Assembly (NCBI GenBank): GCA_033977065.1
Contig: JAXCHI010000003.1
Location: forward strand, 384,001-448,000
DNA: 64,000 nt
Origin: Candidatus Algichlamydia australiensis
GTDB taxonomy: Bacteria; Chlamydiota; Chlamydiia; Chlamydiales; JAJFMI01
Reading direction: 5' to 3'
Positions 19,613-29,876 of this stretch are shown here, piece by piece. The first letter of the stretch is position 1; each line of letters opens with the position of its first letter. The notes beneath the pieces are model-generated. The model saw only the letters and a list, made by a program, of their open reading frames with translations. It had not been told where the DNA came from and made no database searches. A program made the translations under genes and the position numbers.

Positions 19613-20326
19613 TCAATCACGAGGATGATGGAGTAGATCTTCGGCAAGCTCTATTTGAATTTTTTGAATCTCCATCAGACGCTCCCACTGCTTTTTCGTA
19701 AAAAGATCCATTTTGGCATGTAACTGGCGGATTTCAAGCTCTGTTTTGAGGTTGGTGCGGTAGTCGTCATTGTCTCGCAGATGATCTTTGGTTGCCTGCC
19801 TGTTCTGGCTCATCATAATCACGGGGGCTTGGATGGCAGCTAGACAGGAGAGAAAGAGGTTCAGGAGGATGTAGGGATAGGGATCGAAGGCGCGATGCAA
19901 CAGGATATAGGAGTTAATTCCCATCCAGACGAGAAGGAGAGAGAAGAAACAGACGATAAAGGTCCAGCTCCCGCCAAATTTAGCAACGCGATCTGCTAAG
20001 CGTTCGCCAAAAGTAGCACCTGTTTCGAACTTTTTGCTTATATCTTCTGTAAGGAGATCGTGTTGCTCGATACTTTCAAGCACCTCTTGATCAAGCTCTG
20101 ATAGTTGACCGCGCTCTTCTTCTAGTAAATTTTCAATGTGGTCTGAGCGAGCCTTTCGCAGATCGACAGGGCAGATGTAGCCATTGTCGCAATTATTATG
20201 GTTTTTTCTGAGAAACTCAAAAAAAGAGGGGCGCATCAGTGCTGTTGGAAAAAGATGCTTTTTAGAAAACTCCTTCCCACAAACAAGACAACACTGTTTT
20301 CCATTACCATTCGAAGGAGTAGTCAT
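19613..20326 (-). CDS. DUF1003 family membrane protein
   Basis: ADRVAKFGGSWTFI and FDPYPYILLNLFLSCLAAIQAPVIMMSQNRQ. Confidence 0.9.
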   Translation of the reverse strand: MTTPSNGNGKQCCLVCGKEFSKKHLFPTALMRPSFFEFLRKNHNNCDNGYICPVDLRKARSDHIENLLEEERGQLSELDQEVLESIEQHDLLTEDISKKFETGATFGERLADRVAKFGGSWTFIVCFFSLLLVWMGINSYILLHRAFDPYPYILLNLFLSCLAAIQAPVIMMSQNRQATKDHLRDNDDYRTNLKTELEIRQLHAKMDLFTKKQWERLMEIQKIQIELAEDLLHHPRD

Positions 20327-20332
20327 AGTTAA

Positions 20333-20361
20333 GAAAAAGGGGTAGCCAAAGGGCTACCCCT
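20333..20361 (-). terminator. Rho-independent terminator after the DUF378 gene
   Basis: 10-bp stem AGGGGTAGCC/GGCTACCCCT, 4-nt loop, U-tract on the minus strand. Confidence 0.75.
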
Positions 20362-20377
20362 CTATAATTCAAGATGG

Positions 20378-20584
20378 TTATTTTTTACCTGTACGTGAGG
20401 TAATCGCTTTGTAACCAACAATTGTGTAAAGAGCAGCGAAACCGATCAATACATAAATCACTCGGAACAACCAAGCTCTGCAGATAAAGTATTCAACGAA
20501 GTTAAAATCGAAGAATCCAACTAAGCCCCAATTCAATCCACCAATGATGAGAAGAATAGCAGCAAGACAATCTAGTTTTTTCAT
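20378..20584 (-). CDS. DUF378 (YuzA-like) small membrane protein
   Basis: LLIIGGLNWGLVGFFDFNFV...RVIYVLIGFAALY. Confidence 0.88.
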   Translation of the reverse strand: MKKLDCLAAILLIIGGLNWGLVGFFDFNFVEYFICRAWLFRVIYVLIGFAALYTIVGYKAITSRTGKK

Positions 20585-20782
20585 TTTTTTACTCCCAAAA
20601 AAGAATTAATTTTTCTCTTCAATTCCATATATCTCATATAATAATTATTTTATCAAATAAATTATACAAACTAACTTCATAAAAAAAGTCTCAACCTGTT
20701 TAAATTAAATATTTAACATTTAATTATATTTATTATTCTGCTAAAATGATTAAGAATAATTTAAGAAGAGCAGAAAGATCTT

Positions 20783-22231
20783 ATGGTTGAAAGTGTAAAC
20801 GGTTTAGGTTCAGGAGTTACTCCAACAGGAAACTCTCCTCAAGTAACAAGACATCCAATTCAAAGAGGAATTTCGGAAACTCCAGACCAAATGGAGCGAG
20901 CAGGAGGTACTCTACCTCCAACTTTTACCACTAAAGTGAAAGATGTGCTTCTCTTTTTCCCAAGATTGTTGAATTTTACCGTTAGACTTCTATTTTACAT
21001 TCTAAAATGGGCAATTTTTCCCCACAGACCACAGCCAGCTCCAGCTCGAAAAGACCCTCCACAACAAGTTCCTCAACCGCAAGCTCCCATACAACCTGTC
21101 CCAGTAGAAGATCCCGGAACCCGTCAGAGAACTCGTTTAGAAGGTTTTTTAGGGGAAAGGGATTTAAATGCAGAGCAATTAGCAAATCTTGATAATGTAA
21201 GGGCAGCGATTGGTATCACAATTTTTACTGACGAAGATCTTGATGGATGCCTAGCTGCAATTGTGACTCCTGAGCCACAACAAATTCCTCAAAATGATCC
21301 GGTAGCAGATGGCCTTATTGCACCACTAGAAAACATGCTGGCAGAACAGACAAGAGGTAGGGTGTTAACAGAGAGGCAACAAGAGGCAATAAATGCTTTA
21401 CGAGATCGATTTGGTAGAGATATTTTTTCTTGGCAAGATCTTCAGCCACTTCTAAATGCAATTTTGGCTGGAGGTGAACAACGTGTGGAAGAAATTCCTC
21501 AAGAAGTGCGGCAAAGGAGTGATGAGCAACGACAGCGTGGAGAAAGGTATGATGCGTTGATTGCTGAGTTGTCTCCAGAGGTAAGAGAGTATAATAAAGA
21601 GTATGTTGAAACTACAAAAAATCAATTTGTATCAGGACTAAATAGGGATGAAGGTGACTGGGAGGCTCTTCCGGGTGAACTTATAAGTAGATATGAGGAA
21701 CATCAGAATGAGCAAGCTGCAGCTGCTCTTCTAAGTCAGTTTGATGAGATAGTTGAAGAACAATTAACTCGTGAAGAAATTATTGCGAAATCACAAGTGA
21801 TCGAAGCTACTAAAGAAGGTGTACAAAAGGGCACCGTGGACAGAGAGAGGTTGAATCAAGTTCTTAGTGAAATTAAAAAAGCTTCACAGCAAGCTCAAGA
21901 GGAGCAAAGAGCTGCTCAGCTTGCTGCTCTTGAGGAGCAATTAACGGAGTTTAAGCAAAAGAGCACCAAGGACCTAAAGACTTTTGTTAGAAATGCTAAC
22001 CTTCTAGATAGAAAAGCGATTAGAGCTGTTCCAAGTGGTATTCAAACTTTTATTGCAAAATGCGCGAAGCTAGTTTTAGCAATGCCAACTGAAGTTGTGT
22101 ATGAAACAGATGAAATCAGAATTACATTTGAATCATTACCAGATGAGCTTCCTGATTTCAACGTTCGAGAACTTGAGATGAAACGTGACGGTAACACTTT
22201 AACCATTAGAAAAGTTCCAACAGTAGTATAA
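20783..22231 (+). CDS. Hypothetical protein; candidate type III effector or inclusion membrane protein
   Basis: S/T/P/G-rich N-terminus, one hydrophobic segment at about aa 56-80, P/Q-rich linker, coiled-coil-like E/Q/A region; AT-rich upstream region. Confidence 0.6.
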   Translation: MVESVNGLGSGVTPTGNSPQVTRHPIQRGISETPDQMERAGGTLPPTFTTKVKDVLLFFPRLLNFTVRLLFYILKWAIFPHRPQPAPARKDPPQQVPQPQAPIQPVPVEDPGTRQRTRLEGFLGERDLNAEQLANLDNVRAAIGITIFTDEDLDGCLAAIVTPEPQQIPQNDPVADGLIAPLENMLAEQTRGRVLTERQQEAINALRDRFGRDIFSWQDLQPLLNAILAGGEQRVEEIPQEVRQRSDEQRQRGERYDALIAELSPEVREYNKEYVETTKNQFVSGLNRDEGDWEALPGELISRYEEHQNEQAAAALLSQFDEIVEEQLTREEIIAKSQVIEATKEGVQKGTVDRERLNQVLSEIKKASQQAQEEQRAAQLAALEEQLTEFKQKSTKDLKTFVRNANLLDRKAIRAVPSGIQTFIAKCAKLVLAMPTEVVYETDEIRITFESLPDELPDFNVRELEMKRDGNTLTIRKVPTVV

Positions 22232-22362
22232 CGTAAGTTGCTCCCCCTTCCCTCTCTGTAGAGACCCTTTGCGTTTTAGCTTTTTCTCTTGAAGGTAAAA
22301 TCTCTCCTTGCAATTTGATTCCCCCTTTTGGAAAAATGAGGTGAACCAAAAAGAGGATAAAA

Positions 22363-23124
22363 ATGAAAAAGTTTGCTCTGTTTTTTTGTATGCCGTTACT
22401 CATTATGGCTTATCCAGCAAAGTATGCTGATATTGCGGATGCAGAAGAGTGTATTTTTGTTCTATCAGAGCAGAAGTCGGGTGTAAACTGGCTGACAAGT
22501 TCTCTGCAGTTTCTGACAAGAAGGCCTATTTGCCCACCTAATTTTAATTATAAAGATGGGATGAACAATCGTTTGAAAGTCCTTCTTGATGAGAGAAAGC
22601 CTCCGTTTGTTCGTGTGCACTCTGCTAGAGCGATTGCCAAAACGGCCCCTGAAAAAAACAGTCTGATCTTAATTTATCGCGATTATAAAGAGAATACGAT
22701 ACGGATGAGGGGAGCGGAAAATTATAAGAAGGCTTTAAGCGAAGGAACTCTTTTTAATAATCAGGCAAAAAACTTGGCCTTCTTCGATCGATGGCCGGAA
22801 GAGAGACGCCACCTTGTCTACTATGAGGATCTCATTTTGTCTCCTAAAGAGACACTAGAAAAAGTCTTAGACTTTTTAGGTGAAGATCATGGAAGAGTGA
22901 AAAAGTTTATGAAAAATCTCTCTCAATATCAACAAATGTGTCTTGCCTCCTACGATAAGGCGACAAAAGGAAAAAAGTTTGGTCAGTCGCAGTCTAAAGG
23001 GGCAGATCTGCACTTTCATTCGAAAAAGGTCTCTAAGGAGCTGCTTTTGGAAGCGGATGAAATTTTTAAAGATAAGTACCCTTATCTTTGGGATAAATAC
23101 CTGTCTCACTACGAAACGGAATAA
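22363..23124 (+). CDS. Sulfotransferase-family protein with signal peptide (ST1)
   Basis: 5'-PSB-like SEQKSGVNW, 3'-PB-like IYRDYKE, LVYYEDL, SKG..L.FHSK. Confidence 0.75.
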   Translation: MKKFALFFCMPLLIMAYPAKYADIADAEECIFVLSEQKSGVNWLTSSLQFLTRRPICPPNFNYKDGMNNRLKVLLDERKPPFVRVHSARAIAKTAPEKNSLILIYRDYKENTIRMRGAENYKKALSEGTLFNNQAKNLAFFDRWPEERRHLVYYEDLILSPKETLEKVLDFLGEDHGRVKKFMKNLSQYQQMCLASYDKATKGKKFGQSQSKGADLHFHSKKVSKELLLEADEIFKDKYPYLWDKYLSHYETE

Positions 23125-23885
23125 TGAAAAGAATCTATTTTTTGCTTCTTCCGAGCATTCTTTTGTCATCCCCAATTAGGTTTGGGTCAGCAGAGGAAAT
23201 TGAGGGGTGTGACTTAGTTCTTTCAGAACCAAGATCAGGCGTGAACTGGCTGATGAGTTGTCTGCAATTTTTAACGAGAAAACCTCTCTGTCCCATCCAC
23301 TTTAGATATAGCCACCCCATGAATAACCGTTTGGGAGTAGATCTTGATGAGAAAAAACCTCCTTTTATTCGGAGTCACGAAATAAAAGTTTTTCTGCCTG
23401 TGTGCAAAGAGAAGAATCGACTGATTCTTGTTTTTAGAAACTACAAGGAGACAACTATTCGAGAGTGTGGCGATAGTGCTTCTCGGTTTAGCAGGGCAGT
23501 GCAACAAAAAAAGCTTTTCCACGAGCTCGCTGCAAAGCTCAATTTTTTTGATCGTTGGCCTGAGGAAAACCGACACCTTGTCTATTACGAGGATCTTCTT
23601 CTCAAACCAAAGGATGTACTGCAAAACTTGCTTGTTTTTCTAGAGGAAGAGGATTCTCTTTTAGAAGAATTTATAGAGAATATCCAAGAATACAAGCGGC
23701 AATGTTTATCTTCTTATGATAAACAGGTACCGGGTGGATCAAAGTCGATCTCAAAAGGAAAAAGTCTCGATTTCCACTCAAAAAAAGTTCCAAAAAAACT
23801 GCTTTATCAAGCAGATGGGCTTTTTCAAAGTCAGTACCCTTATCTATGGAAAAAATACTTGTCTCGCTACAAAGAAAGAGAGTAG
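23124..23885 (+). CDS. Sulfotransferase-family protein with signal peptide (ST2)
   Basis: SEPRSGVNW, VFRNYKE, LVYYEDL, SKGKSLDFHSK. Confidence 0.78.
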   Translation: MKRIYFLLLPSILLSSPIRFGSAEEIEGCDLVLSEPRSGVNWLMSCLQFLTRKPLCPIHFRYSHPMNNRLGVDLDEKKPPFIRSHEIKVFLPVCKEKNRLILVFRNYKETTIRECGDSASRFSRAVQQKKLFHELAAKLNFFDRWPEENRHLVYYEDLLLKPKDVLQNLLVFLEEEDSLLEEFIENIQEYKRQCLSSYDKQVPGGSKSISKGKSLDFHSKKVPKKLLYQADGLFQSQYPYLWKKYLSRYKERE

Positions 23886-23923
23886 TAGCGCAGCTCAAAA
23901 AAAATTGATTTGCAATTTGAGTT

Positions 23924-26422
23924 TTATCGTGTAAAGTGCTTTGAAAGAACACCTGCAAGCTTCATCATATCAAGTGGATCTTTGCTTCCAAAGACAGCAG
24001 TGAGTTTTTTATCGGGTACGATGAGACGCTTGTTTTTCTCATCCTGCAGATTGTTCTCTTTGATGTAGACCCAAAGTTTTTTTGTTGCTTCACCGCGTGT
24101 AACTTCTTCTTTTCCAATGATAGCAGCAAGCTCTTTTGAGGGTTTGTAGCTGGGTTGGCTTCTGCCTTTTGCCCCTTTCTTTCGCGGTTTTTTGACGTAA
24201 GCTGTTTTGGGATGGTTTACGTATTTTTTTCCTAGCTCTTCAATGCTATTTGCAATGACGTCGCAATCAGGATAGTTGGAACATGAGAAGAAGGGCTTGC
24301 CAAAGCGTGAGCGACGCTGACTAATCTTTCCATCACACCCAATTGCAGGGCAGTCGGGAAGATCTTCTGGTTTGGGGTCGCCTTTTTTTGGAATATTGAC
24401 GATCCCTCGGCAGTCGGGATAACGTGAACAGCCTAAGAAAGGACCAAAACGCCCATGGCGCAGAGTCATAGCTGAGCTGCACTTAGGACAGGGTTGATCC
24501 CAATCAAAATCTTCAGCGTAATCATCTTTGTTAAAGTCAAGCGCTTCGATAGCTGTAGTGTATTTACACTCAGGATAGTGAGAGCAGCCGTAGAAATATT
24601 TGCTTTTCGCCCAAATTTTTTGTAGCTTGTGACCGCATTCAGGACAGTCGATGTCGGTCATCTCTTTAGGAACGTGTGCCTCTTTAACGGCTTTATCAAG
24701 AACAGGTTCAAACTTGCCCCAAAACTCTTTTAAAAAGGCTTTCCAATCTTTTTTTCCCTCAGCAATTACATCAAGGTCATCCTCCATGTTGGCAGTGAAG
24801 CCAACATCCATGACCATAGCAAAATGATTTTCAAGCATTGCAGCGATGATTTTGCCAAGCTCTGTGGGCTTGAGAGTAAGCTTTTCTTTGACTGTGTAGT
24901 CCTTACTCTGAATTTTGTTCATGATCGTTGCGTAAGTAGAGGGACGACCAATTCCCGACTTTTCCAGCTCTTTCACAAGAGAAGCTTCTGTAAATCGCGC
25001 GGGAGGTTTTGTAAAAGACTGAGTTTTTTCTACTTGAAGAAGCTTGAGCACATCTCCCACTTTTAAGGCGGGAGGGAGAAGGCGCTCTTGGTCTTCGTTG
25101 CTCTCATCATCGCTTCCTTCACGGTATGCACGCAAATATCCATCAAATTTTAGAATGGAGCCTGTAGCACGAAGGAGCAAATTGGTGTCTGTTGTAATGT
25201 CAGAAGAGACGGTATCGTAAATCGCCGGTAGCATTTGAGAAGCGATGAATCGACGCCAGATCAATTGATAGAGTTTGAACTGGTCACTGGTAAGATAAGG
25301 TTTGATTTTCTCAGGAGGATGAGCAAAGTTTGTAGGACGAATCGCTTCGTGCGCATCTTGCGCTCCTTTTTTTGAACTATACTGCTTTGAGTCACTTGGC
25401 AGATAGCGTTTTCCATAGGCCTTCTCGATAAAACTACGTGCTGGACCAAATGCTTCTTTATCGATACGCACAGAGTCTGTACGCATGTAAGTGATCAAAC
25501 CTTCAGCACCCTCATTCCCTAGGTCAACCCCTTCATAGAGACTTTGAGCGATCGACATGGTGCGCGAAGCGGCAAAGCCGTAATAACGAGAGGCTTCTTG
25601 TTGCAGTGATGAGGTAATAAAGGGGGGAACAGGTGAACGACGCTTCTCTTTTTTCTCAAGTTTCGTGAGGGTATAGGTAGATTTTTGAAGAGTGTCAAAA
25701 AGTTCTTTAGCTTTTTTCTCGTTTGGGATCGTGGTACACCCTTTTTTCTCCTCTTTTTCAATGCGCTTGTCCTCAATCGAGTGGAGGGTCGCGCGGAAAC
25801 CTTTAGAATCTCCCTCACGTTGCAGATCGCAGCCAAGGGTCCAGTACTCAACAGGAACAAAAGCTTCGATCTCTTTTTCCCTATCAACAACAAGTTTTAA
25901 AGCAACAGACTGCACACGGCCGGCAGAAAGAAATCCATCACGACCACTCTGAATCCGACGATGGAGGATAGGAGAAATTTTATATCCAACAATGCGATCA
26001 AGTAGACGTCTGGCTTGTTGCGCATTTACAAGGTTGTCATCAATTTCGCGTGGATGTTTAAGCGCTTCTTCTACAGCACTTTTTGTGATGGCATTGAAGG
26101 TGACCCGCTTGCACTTGGTCCCTTTGGGCAAAATAGAGGCGATGTGCCACGCAATCGCTTCCCCTTCGCGATCGGGGTCGGGACAGAGGTAGACAGTGTC
26201 GACGGCTTTAGCCTCTTTTTTTAATTTTGCAATGACATCCTTTTTATCTGGGAGAGTCTCATATTCAGGAGTAAAATCACCTTTAAGGTCTATACCAAAT
26301 TTTTTAACCGGAAGATCGCGAATATGTCCCACAGAAGAGGCGAGTGTGAAGTTCTTTCCAAGAAACTTCTTTATCGTTTTTATTTTCGTCGGGGACTCGA
26401 CGATAATTAAGGCTTTCTTCAT
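23924..26422 (-). CDS. topA: DNA topoisomerase I with zinc ribbons and C-terminal SWIB domain
   Basis: IVESPTK, DPDREGEAI, SAGRVQS, ITYMRTD, GIGRPSTYA; C-terminal PSKELAAIIG...LWVYIKENNLQD SWIB pattern. Confidence 0.96.
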   Translation of the reverse strand: MKKALIIVESPTKIKTIKKFLGKNFTLASSVGHIRDLPVKKFGIDLKGDFTPEYETLPDKKDVIAKLKKEAKAVDTVYLCPDPDREGEAIAWHIASILPKGTKCKRVTFNAITKSAVEEALKHPREIDDNLVNAQQARRLLDRIVGYKISPILHRRIQSGRDGFLSAGRVQSVALKLVVDREKEIEAFVPVEYWTLGCDLQREGDSKGFRATLHSIEDKRIEKEEKKGCTTIPNEKKAKELFDTLQKSTYTLTKLEKKEKRRSPVPPFITSSLQQEASRYYGFAASRTMSIAQSLYEGVDLGNEGAEGLITYMRTDSVRIDKEAFGPARSFIEKAYGKRYLPSDSKQYSSKKGAQDAHEAIRPTNFAHPPEKIKPYLTSDQFKLYQLIWRRFIASQMLPAIYDTVSSDITTDTNLLLRATGSILKFDGYLRAYREGSDDESNEDQERLLPPALKVGDVLKLLQVEKTQSFTKPPARFTEASLVKELEKSGIGRPSTYATIMNKIQSKDYTVKEKLTLKPTELGKIIAAMLENHFAMVMDVGFTANMEDDLDVIAEGKKDWKAFLKEFWGKFEPVLDKAVKEAHVPKEMTDIDCPECGHKLQKIWAKSKYFYGCSHYPECKYTTAIEALDFNKDDYAEDFDWDQPCPKCSSAMTLRHGRFGPFLGCSRYPDCRGIVNIPKKGDPKPEDLPDCPAIGCDGKISQRRSRFGKPFFSCSNYPDCDVIANSIEELGKKYVNHPKTAYVKKPRKKGAKGRSQPSYKPSKELAAIIGKEEVTRGEATKKLWVYIKENNLQDEKNKRLIVPDKKLTAVFGSKDPLDMMKLAGVLSKHFTR

Positions 26423-26568
26423 CTAATTTAGAATAGTACTACTGAATCTTGTAAGCATAAGGGGTTTTTTCAATTTACGCAAGTCGCTATTTAAAAGAGA
26501 TAAAAACTCGCTTCCCCCTCTCTCCATAGGTAGTAACTTAACTATAAAATCCGTTATAATAAGTCTCA

Positions 26569-27372
26569 ATGAAGGTCAAAAATATTTTACTCTGTATATT
26601 TCTTTTTGCTGCTGGGGGCTTTATTGGGAAAAAGGCGCATAAGTGGCAAGAGGGGCGTGCACGTGAATTGAAAGTTCCAACTCTTGAAAGAGAGTTTATT
26701 GGGATTGAAGAGAGCCCAGAGCGGGATGTCTATCTCTTTCTTCATTCAAAAAACCATTCGCAAGCAATTTGCCGCTCTCTTTCTACCATCAACAAACAGA
26801 AATACTCTAAACTTCATATTTTTTATTTTGATGAGAACTCTACCGATGGCACATGGGAAAAAGCTCTTCAATATATTGACGAGCAACACGTTCCTGTCGA
26901 ATTTACAATGCATGGCAACAGAAGGGCGTTGAAAGATGAGGCGGCTCAAATTATCGAAGCAGCGTCTCCAGAAACCCTCATTATCTCTCTAGAGGGAAAG
27001 GATTGGCTGCCACATGATAGGGTTGTCCAACTTGTCAATCACAAGATTGCTGAAGAGAAATGCTCCCTTCTTTTAGGGCAACTCTCCACATACCCCAAAT
27101 ATGAGCTTGGCATTGCAAGCCGCTGGATCAAAATTAAAGTAGACCAACAGAAATGGCCGCGAGCAAAATCTTTTACTAAAGTGTTCAAGGCCTTTAGAGC
27201 GTCACTCTTTCAAAAGACGCCAGGAGTTGATCTTTTCGACTTGCAAGATGCGGCTGTCTTTCGCCGTCTTTATGAGGCTGCCAAAGAGAAAACTTTTTTT
27301 TCAAAGTCTGTCTATTATGTCGACAATCGTTTAGAGCCGGGTAAAAAACTGCTCTTTTCTGAGGGAGAGTGA
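26569..27372 (+). CDS. Degenerate GT2-like glycosyltransferase with N-terminal anchor
   Basis: Q.Y.K..I.YFDENSTDGT; SLEGKDWL where its paralogs have LDGDD.L. Confidence 0.6.
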   Translation: MKVKNILLCIFLFAAGGFIGKKAHKWQEGRARELKVPTLEREFIGIEESPERDVYLFLHSKNHSQAICRSLSTINKQKYSKLHIFYFDENSTDGTWEKALQYIDEQHVPVEFTMHGNRRALKDEAAQIIEAASPETLIISLEGKDWLPHDRVVQLVNHKIAEEKCSLLLGQLSTYPKYELGIASRWIKIKVDQQKWPRAKSFTKVFKAFRASLFQKTPGVDLFDLQDAAVFRRLYEAAKEKTFFSKSVYYVDNRLEPGKKLLFSEGE

Positions 27373-28364
27373 TGATCTTTCTTCTTTTTATTCTACTCTT
27401 TGGTGCGCAAGACTTCTATTCATTAATGGGGGAGAAGAGTTCGCGTTGGAGCTTTGTCAATTGCGCAGAAGATAGGCAGCAGCTGGAGCGCTACGCCTCT
27501 CTTTACGATCGCAATGCTGCGCTTCAATTTGAGAAAAATGAAAAGGAGAAAATCCCTTCCGATCTTCATCTCATTTGGCTTGGACCTCGCCCCTTCCCGT
27601 CTGAGTCGGTAGAGAATATTCGCATGTGGCGCTCGGCTCACCCTAACTGGACCTTTCACTTCTGGACCGACCGCGCTCGCCCTGCCCCTATTCAAGGAAT
27701 GGTCCTGCATCAGGCTGATGACTTTCCCTTTCAAGAATTAGGTGACTACTACAAAGAATCATCAAACTGGGGGCAGAAGTCGGATCTTTTGCGTTATGAA
27801 ATTTTGCAGCAGAGGGGCGGGATCTACATCGATCACGACGCCAACTGTTTGCGATCGTTTGATGGCCTGCGCAAAGGGTATGATTTTTTCGCCTGCCTTG
27901 AGATGCCTCATGCGCGGGTTGCGGGATACTCGGTGACTGCCGGCATCGGTATTTTAGGAGCTGTACAAGAGCACCCCGTGATTTCTGGAGCAATTGAAGA
28001 GGTTAAAACTCATTGGGAGGAGAGTAAAAATCTTTTTCCCCAAACTTCTCCTAAATCTGTGCGCGAATATGTGATGCACAGTACGTACATGGCGACAACG
28101 CGCTCGATGCAAAAACACCTTGATCAGCCTGGATTTACCGACATTATCCTGCCCGCGTGCTACTTCTATCCGCAAAAAGGATTCAAGCCGCTCTACTCCT
28201 TCCACTACTACGGAACAAGCTGGGCAGGAATCGAAAAGAGAGGAACTTTTGAAAAAGAGATCAAAAAAAGTTTGCGAAATAGTGTAAAGCTGAAGAACTG
28301 GCTCTACCTGCTTTTAGCATTAGCGATCCCTCTCTCATTTTTTAGGAGGCGACAGTGTTCATAA
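27369..28364 (+). CDS. DxD glycosyltransferase (GT32/OCH1-like sugar-binding domain) with signal peptide and C-terminal TM
   Basis: KIPSDLHLIWLG and SDLLRYEILQQRGGIYIDHD. Confidence 0.82.
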   Translation: MMIFLLFILLFGAQDFYSLMGEKSSRWSFVNCAEDRQQLERYASLYDRNAALQFEKNEKEKIPSDLHLIWLGPRPFPSESVENIRMWRSAHPNWTFHFWTDRARPAPIQGMVLHQADDFPFQELGDYYKESSNWGQKSDLLRYEILQQRGGIYIDHDANCLRSFDGLRKGYDFFACLEMPHARVAGYSVTAGIGILGAVQEHPVISGAIEEVKTHWEESKNLFPQTSPKSVREYVMHSTYMATTRSMQKHLDQPGFTDIILPACYFYPQKGFKPLYSFHYYGTSWAGIEKRGTFEKEIKKSLRNSVKLKNWLYLLLALAIPLSFFRRRQCS

Positions 28365-29266
28365 AACTTTTTCTACTTTTCATTACGCAGATGGGCGACC
28401 CAACCTACTTGCGTACGAGTGAAGACCATCAGCAAATGCAATTTTATGCTGAGCATTATGAGAAGTTTACTCCTCAAGGAGAGATTCCACAAACATTGCA
28501 TTTTATTTGGGTGGGCGGGAGCGCACTCCCTGCTGAGAGTAGAAAAAATATTGCAAAGTGGGTAAGACTGCACCCTGGTTGGAAGGTCAAGCTTTGGAGT
28601 GATCGTAAAAGGGCAACACCACACCCACAAGTAGAAGTGCAGCTGCTTGAAGAGTTGCCGCGGCTGGGGAATCTTTTTGCCGCTTCAGATAATGAAGGGG
28701 AGCGAGCCGCACTTAGTGCAATTGAGATTTTAGAGAGAGAGGGGGGTGTCTATCTTGATTGCGACACAATTCCTAAAAAAAACCTTGAAAAACTGCATGC
28801 GACACACACTTTTTACACGGGTTTAGCTCCCTTATCAACCTCTTTATTAAGTAGTTCTGTGCAGATAAGTCCCCATATTATTGGCGCGGCCGCCCACCAT
28901 CCAATTTTACAAAAGACACTTGTTAACATTGAAGAGTCTTGGAATCCCGCTCAATTTGAGGGACAGAGTTTTGATGCGATCTACTACCGCACTAAACACC
29001 ACACACTTCTTCCTTTCGAAAAAGCGATTCGCGAACATCTTGGCCCCCACGATCGCATCTACCCAGCGGAAACTTTTACCAAAAATTTTCTCCTACATGA
29101 GGAGAAAAAACTCTGGCTGCCAGACGAAGATCGCTTTGCAAAAAGTATCTTACAAAAGCTCCTCGCTCAAGAAAAACACTTAAAATGTCTGCTTAGTATT
29201 CTCGCGCTTTTTGTCTGCATACAGCTTATCTTACTCGTTAGAAATGGACGAAAAAGAGCAGACTAA
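28355..29266 (+). CDS. DxD glycosyltransferase (GT32-like) with C-terminal TM
   Basis: IPQTLHFIWVGG and EILEREGGVYLDCD. Confidence 0.78.
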   Translation: MFIKLFLLFITQMGDPTYLRTSEDHQQMQFYAEHYEKFTPQGEIPQTLHFIWVGGSALPAESRKNIAKWVRLHPGWKVKLWSDRKRATPHPQVEVQLLEELPRLGNLFAASDNEGERAALSAIEILEREGGVYLDCDTIPKKNLEKLHATHTFYTGLAPLSTSLLSSSVQISPHIIGAAAHHPILQKTLVNIEESWNPAQFEGQSFDAIYYRTKHHTLLPFEKAIREHLGPHDRIYPAETFTKNFLLHEEKKLWLPDEDRFAKSILQKLLAQEKHLKCLLSILALFVCIQLILLVRNGRKRAD

Positions 29267-29876
29267 CCTCTACTACGAAGGGTTTTTGCAAGGTCCGAAA
29301 GAATCTGAAAAGGATTTTAGACGACGCATTGCGCTTACCAAGGAGGTGGCGCAAAACCCAGAAAAATTGGGACTCAAGGATGTAGAGGTGGGGAAGACGA
29401 TTGGAGAGTTTCATCTCCCGTGGCTTCTTCATAAAATTTCGAATAAAGGGTTGCCTCCATGGGAGGGAGCAGCGATTTGGATCATTGATTATCAAGGAGT
29501 AAAAATCCCCTTTTTGCATCTACGCAAACGCTTTGCACAAAATGAGGAGGTACTCAAGCATGAGCTTGTGCATATTCTGCGAATCGCTTTTGACGATCCC
29601 CGCTTTGAAGAGATTATTGCTTTCTCTACCTCTAAATCTCGCTTGAGGCGCTGGTTAGGACCTCTCTTTCGCACACCAAGAGAGTCCATTTTTTTTCTTT
29701 TCATTACATTTTTTTCTGTTACGATCGCTTTTTGGAAGGAGATGTTTTTAGTCCTCCCTCTGCTCGCACTGCTCTTTTTTGGTTTGCGGCTAGCAAGAGA
29801 CTGTAGAATATTCTCTTTGAACAAAAAGAGCTTTCCATTTGTAGAAAAATTTGTTTATGAAAAAAATTCTCCTTAG
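29244..29876 (+). CDS. Hypothetical membrane protein with HExxH motif
   Basis: VLKHELVH...FEEIIA; C-terminal TM hairpin. Confidence 0.6.
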   Translation: MDEKEQTNLYYEGFLQGPKESEKDFRRRIALTKEVAQNPEKLGLKDVEVGKTIGEFHLPWLLHKISNKGLPPWEGAAIWIIDYQGVKIPFLHLRKRFAQNEEVLKHELVHILRIAFDDPRFEEIIAFSTSKSRLRRWLGPLFRTPRESIFFLFITFFSVTIAFWKEMFLVLPLLALLFFGLRLARDCRIFSLNKKSFPFVEKFVYEKNSP

